From assembly GCA_951406725.2 (NCBI GenBank), contig OX597823.1:106392001-106456000 (forward strand): 64,000 nt of DNA. The letters are read 5' to 3'. The notes under the pieces are model-generated. The model saw nothing but the letters and a program-made list of their open reading frames with translations, had not been told where the DNA came from and did not search any database. This DNA is from Octopus vulgaris. Taxonomy: Eukaryota. The translations under genes and the position numbers were made by a program. Of this stretch, positions 59,741 through 64,000 are shown one piece after another; within the stretch, counting starts at the first letter, position 1, and each line of letters opens with the position of its first letter.

Positions 59741-60102
59741 GTTGTATTATAGTTGATGTGAAAGCCAAGCATAAACGAGTCGTTATGTAGTTCGCTTCGA
59801 CATAATGAGTTTCTGTGTTCAATTGTATTGTATTAGGTTAGTATTTTAGGCCATAGTGGAAAGTTGATTGAAGCTTGGAATGAAACTGTGTATATGAAAA
59901 TTGTATGGAAGCCCGACGGATAGATTGTACATATGTAGAAACATATGTAAATATGCATGTATGTGTGTGAAAATAAGTGCGTGTGAGTATCTAACGACCA
60001 GCGTTCCTACCTATCTACTTACCTACCTACCTACATAGCTACCTACATACATACATACCTACCTACCTATTTACCTATCTATCTAATCAATCTACTTGTT
60101 TA

Positions 60103-60201
<99 letters not shown>

Positions 60202-61099
60202 ATATATATATATATTATATATATATGTGTATATATATATGTTCTCAACAATCATGGCGGCGTTTCAAACTTCTGTGTTTCCAGTTGATAATTGCTGACC
60301 AAACCATCAACATGAAACCAGTGCAACAAGAAATTTGATGCAATTTCCATTGAAGAATATACATACATACATATATACATACATACATACATACATACGT
60401 ACATACACACACACATACATACATACATACATACATACATACATACATACATACATACATACATACATACATACATACATACATGCATTCATTCATACTG
60501 CATGTGTGTCGAGGGGGTGCGCATAAAATAATATCTATTATTGCATATTTCTATAAATTTTCATCCTCCGTATCACAAAAGCATGGATTTAAACATAGCG
60601 TTGAACATTGAACATTGAATATAATAATATAATGTAATATTACATTGTACAATATTTACAAAGACCTGTATATTACAATAGAGCTTATGGAAACTTGTTG
60701 GAAATTTGCTAGAATTACAATTACACATACTAAGTTACATATACAAATAAATAAATAAAATAAATAAATAAAATAAATAAATAAATACGTAAATAAATAA
60801 AGAAGTATGTATGGTGTATGAAGTGTGTGAGTGTATGTATATATGTCTGTGTGTGTGTGTATGTACTTTCATGTGCACAGCCATACATATGAGTATATGC
60901 AAATATATATATATACAATAAATGTACGTATATAAGTGTGTACAGAAATGTATGCGTATATGTAGGTGTAGGTGTGTTTGTGCGCGCATGTGTGTATATA
61001 CATGCACTCGTATATGTTTATATGTATATATATATATATATATGCATGTATTTTTATGTATAAATATATGTATACATGTATATATGCATGTATACATTG

Positions 61100-61155
<56 letters not shown>

Positions 61156-61293
61156 AAACACCCATACTCACATATATATATATTCATACACATATGTATA
61201 TGTCGATATCTATATACGTATATATGTAGATATATGTATACATACATATACATGTGCATACATATATATTTATATATACACACACACATGTAT

Positions 61294-61349
<56 letters not shown>

Positions 61350-61482
61350 TATATAGAAGGAGCTTCTACAGGACTAGAACTGTTATATATGTGTGTAGAC
61401 GCACGCACGCACATACATTAATATATGTACATGTACCTACATTTGTATACGTATACACACACACACAATATATATATATATG

Positions 61483-61525
<43 letters not shown>

Positions 61526-62250
61526 GCACACACACACACATATATATAAAAGTATGTATATATACACGCACACACACTTCAGACGCAGACACACTGGTTT
61601 ACACCTGGTTACCTGGTTGGTGCCGGTTGTGATGTGTCGGTATAAACTCAACTCACTGGCATAAAGTCATCTCCATACATTTTGCTTTTCTTTTTCGGTT
61701 TTTCTTTCTGTTATCTATTTATTTATTTATTTTTGTTTTGTTTCCCATCAAAGAACGATTTTGGCACCTTAACAGTGTCTGACATATTGTTATCGATCTC
61801 TGACCGTCTCTCCTCCTCCCCCACCACCACATCTCCTGCCCCTGCCCTCCCCCTCATCATCAATGAAGAACAAGCTTGTATATTACTTTTACTTACCACG
61901 GTGTTTGTTCTGTTGTCTTCTGCCAATATTGTTCCCTGCCATAACATCTCGACCCCCAGAACCAAGTCTGTTTTCTGGGATGGTTTTTATTTATTTTTTT
62001 ATTTACACTTCTTTCGTAGGGTATATTTCTTCTTGTTATTGTTGTTGTTGATGTTATGTGAGTGTGAGTCATTGCTGTTGTTGTTGTTGTTGTTTTTGTT
62101 GTTGTTGCAGATGTTCTTGTTTTTGTTTTTCTCGATGCTTTTGTTCTTACTTTTGTCATTGTTGCTATCGTTGTTGTTGCTTACGGTTTTACTACCGCTG
62201 ATGGTGGCGTTCCAGTTGCTACTGTTGCTATTGTCATGTTGTTGTTGCTG

Positions 62251-62657
62251 TTTGTTTATTTGTTTGTTTGTTTGTTGAGCGAAGCGGTCTTCGTCCCAGA
62301 GCTCGCAAGATCGCGCCTCTGTAGTGGGAGAAGTCTGAAACGTGGTCCTTTGCTATTTGTAAGACCCGCAGAAGAGAAAGCAGGTCAACCCCCGACACCG
62401 GCAGCATCGACGGATGGATGAATGGGCATCCAGGCTCAGCGGTTGCGTAGGAAGTCGGGGACAAGAAACAGGAAGAAAGAGTGAGAGAAAGTTGGAGCGA
62501 AAGAGCACAACAGGGGTCGTCACCACCCCCTGCCGGAGCCGAGTAGAGCTTTAGGTGTTTTCGCTCAATAAACACACACAACGCCCGGTCTGGAAATCGA
62601 AACCGCGATCCTTCGACCGCGAGTTTGCTGCCCTAACCACTGGGCCATTGCGCCTCC
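62251..62657 (-). mobile_element. SINE family C, long-tail variant 2 with (AAAC)n tail
   Basis: Same head and body as 53947-54313 up to cttcctgtttct, then unrelated 3' sequence. Confidence 0.9.
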
Positions 62658-63177
62658 TCGTTGTTGCTGTTGCTACTGTTGTTACCCTTTTGTTTTAGTT
62701 GCTATTGCTATCATTGTAGATGCTATTACTACTGCTGCTACCATTATTGTTATTGCTAATGGTTTTAACATTGTTGTTGTTGTTGCTATTATAATTGCTG
62801 TTGCTAACGGTTTTGCTATTGTTGGTTTTTCTGTTCCTCTTCCACTGGTTGCTATTATTATCGTTGTTGCTGTTCTTACTACTGCTGTTGCCATTGTTGC
62901 TGTTCCAATTGTTACAGTTGTTATTGCTGTTGTTGCTAATGCTATTGCAATTGCTATTTTTATTCTTCAATTATTTGTTAACTTACTTTCTTTTTATTTA
63001 TGAGTGTAGTTAGTTACATCTCAGCATGTTTCTCTCTTTTTGTTGCTGTTGATGATGATAATGATGTTGTTCTTGGTGTAGTTGATGTTGCTGTCGTAAT
63101 TCTGACCTGTTTGTTAATTTACGTATTTGCATAGTGTACAAGTATGATTGTATACACACACACAGACACAGACACAC

Positions 63178-63231
<54 letters not shown>

Positions 63232-63269
63232 AAAAGGGAGATGTGGAACACGAGTTGTGATATATAAAA

Positions 63270-63753
<484 letters not shown>

Positions 63754-63782
63754 AGAACAAGATGTACGTTACGCCGCAATAA

Positions 63783-63965
63783 TATATGTATAAAAAATAT
63801 ATATAAAAATACAAAATGGGACAAGAACGCAAAACACTCAAAGAGACGACACAAAAAACGGACGGGTCGGCTTCGAATGACCCATCTGGTTTTTGTATCG
63901 TCTCTTTGAGTGTTTTGCGTTCTTGTCCCATTTTGTATTTTTATATATATTTTTTATTCATATAT
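63783..63965. repeat. Near-perfect palindrome of about 180 bp
   Basis: Arms 63783-63868 and 63879-63965 with a 10-nt loop ggcttcgaat. The arm sequence belongs to the 28411 family. Confidence 0.95.
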
Positions 63966-64000
63966 ATATACATGTATATATACATATATATGCATACATA

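Noticed and set aside
61682-63013. Hydrophobic membrane-protein-like ORFs
   Set aside because: Driven by (GTT)/(GCT) low-complexity sequence.

Overview
AT-rich animal genomic DNA saturated with microsatellites ((TA)n, (CA)n, (TAA)n, (TCTA)n, (TACA)n) and transposon debris. The SINE and repeat complement looks like octopus/coleoid cephalopod DNA (inference). No intact host gene is evident, and most entries in the ORF track are microsatellite translations. The DNA transposons present are Tc1, mariner and DD37D (maT) relics, MITEs and a short Helitron. The retroelements are CR1-type, RTE, L1/Tx1 and R4/Dong LINE fragments, a Penelope-like element (RT plus GIY-YIG) and four tRNA-derived SINE families. 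The most notable unexplained structure is a set of short non-coding inserts sitting inside (TA)n tracts. Several carry minimal type-I hammerhead-ribozyme-like motifs with palindromic stem III and variant cores, and some form long fold-back palindromes; they are probably non-autonomous Penelope-derived elements. Retroelement classes appear to partition microsatellite targets: Penelope in (TA)n, R4/Dong in (TAA)n and a Tx1-like end in (TCTA)n. Candidate SINE-LINE partner pairs are visible through shared 3' ends. All calls were made by eye, so boundaries are approximate.
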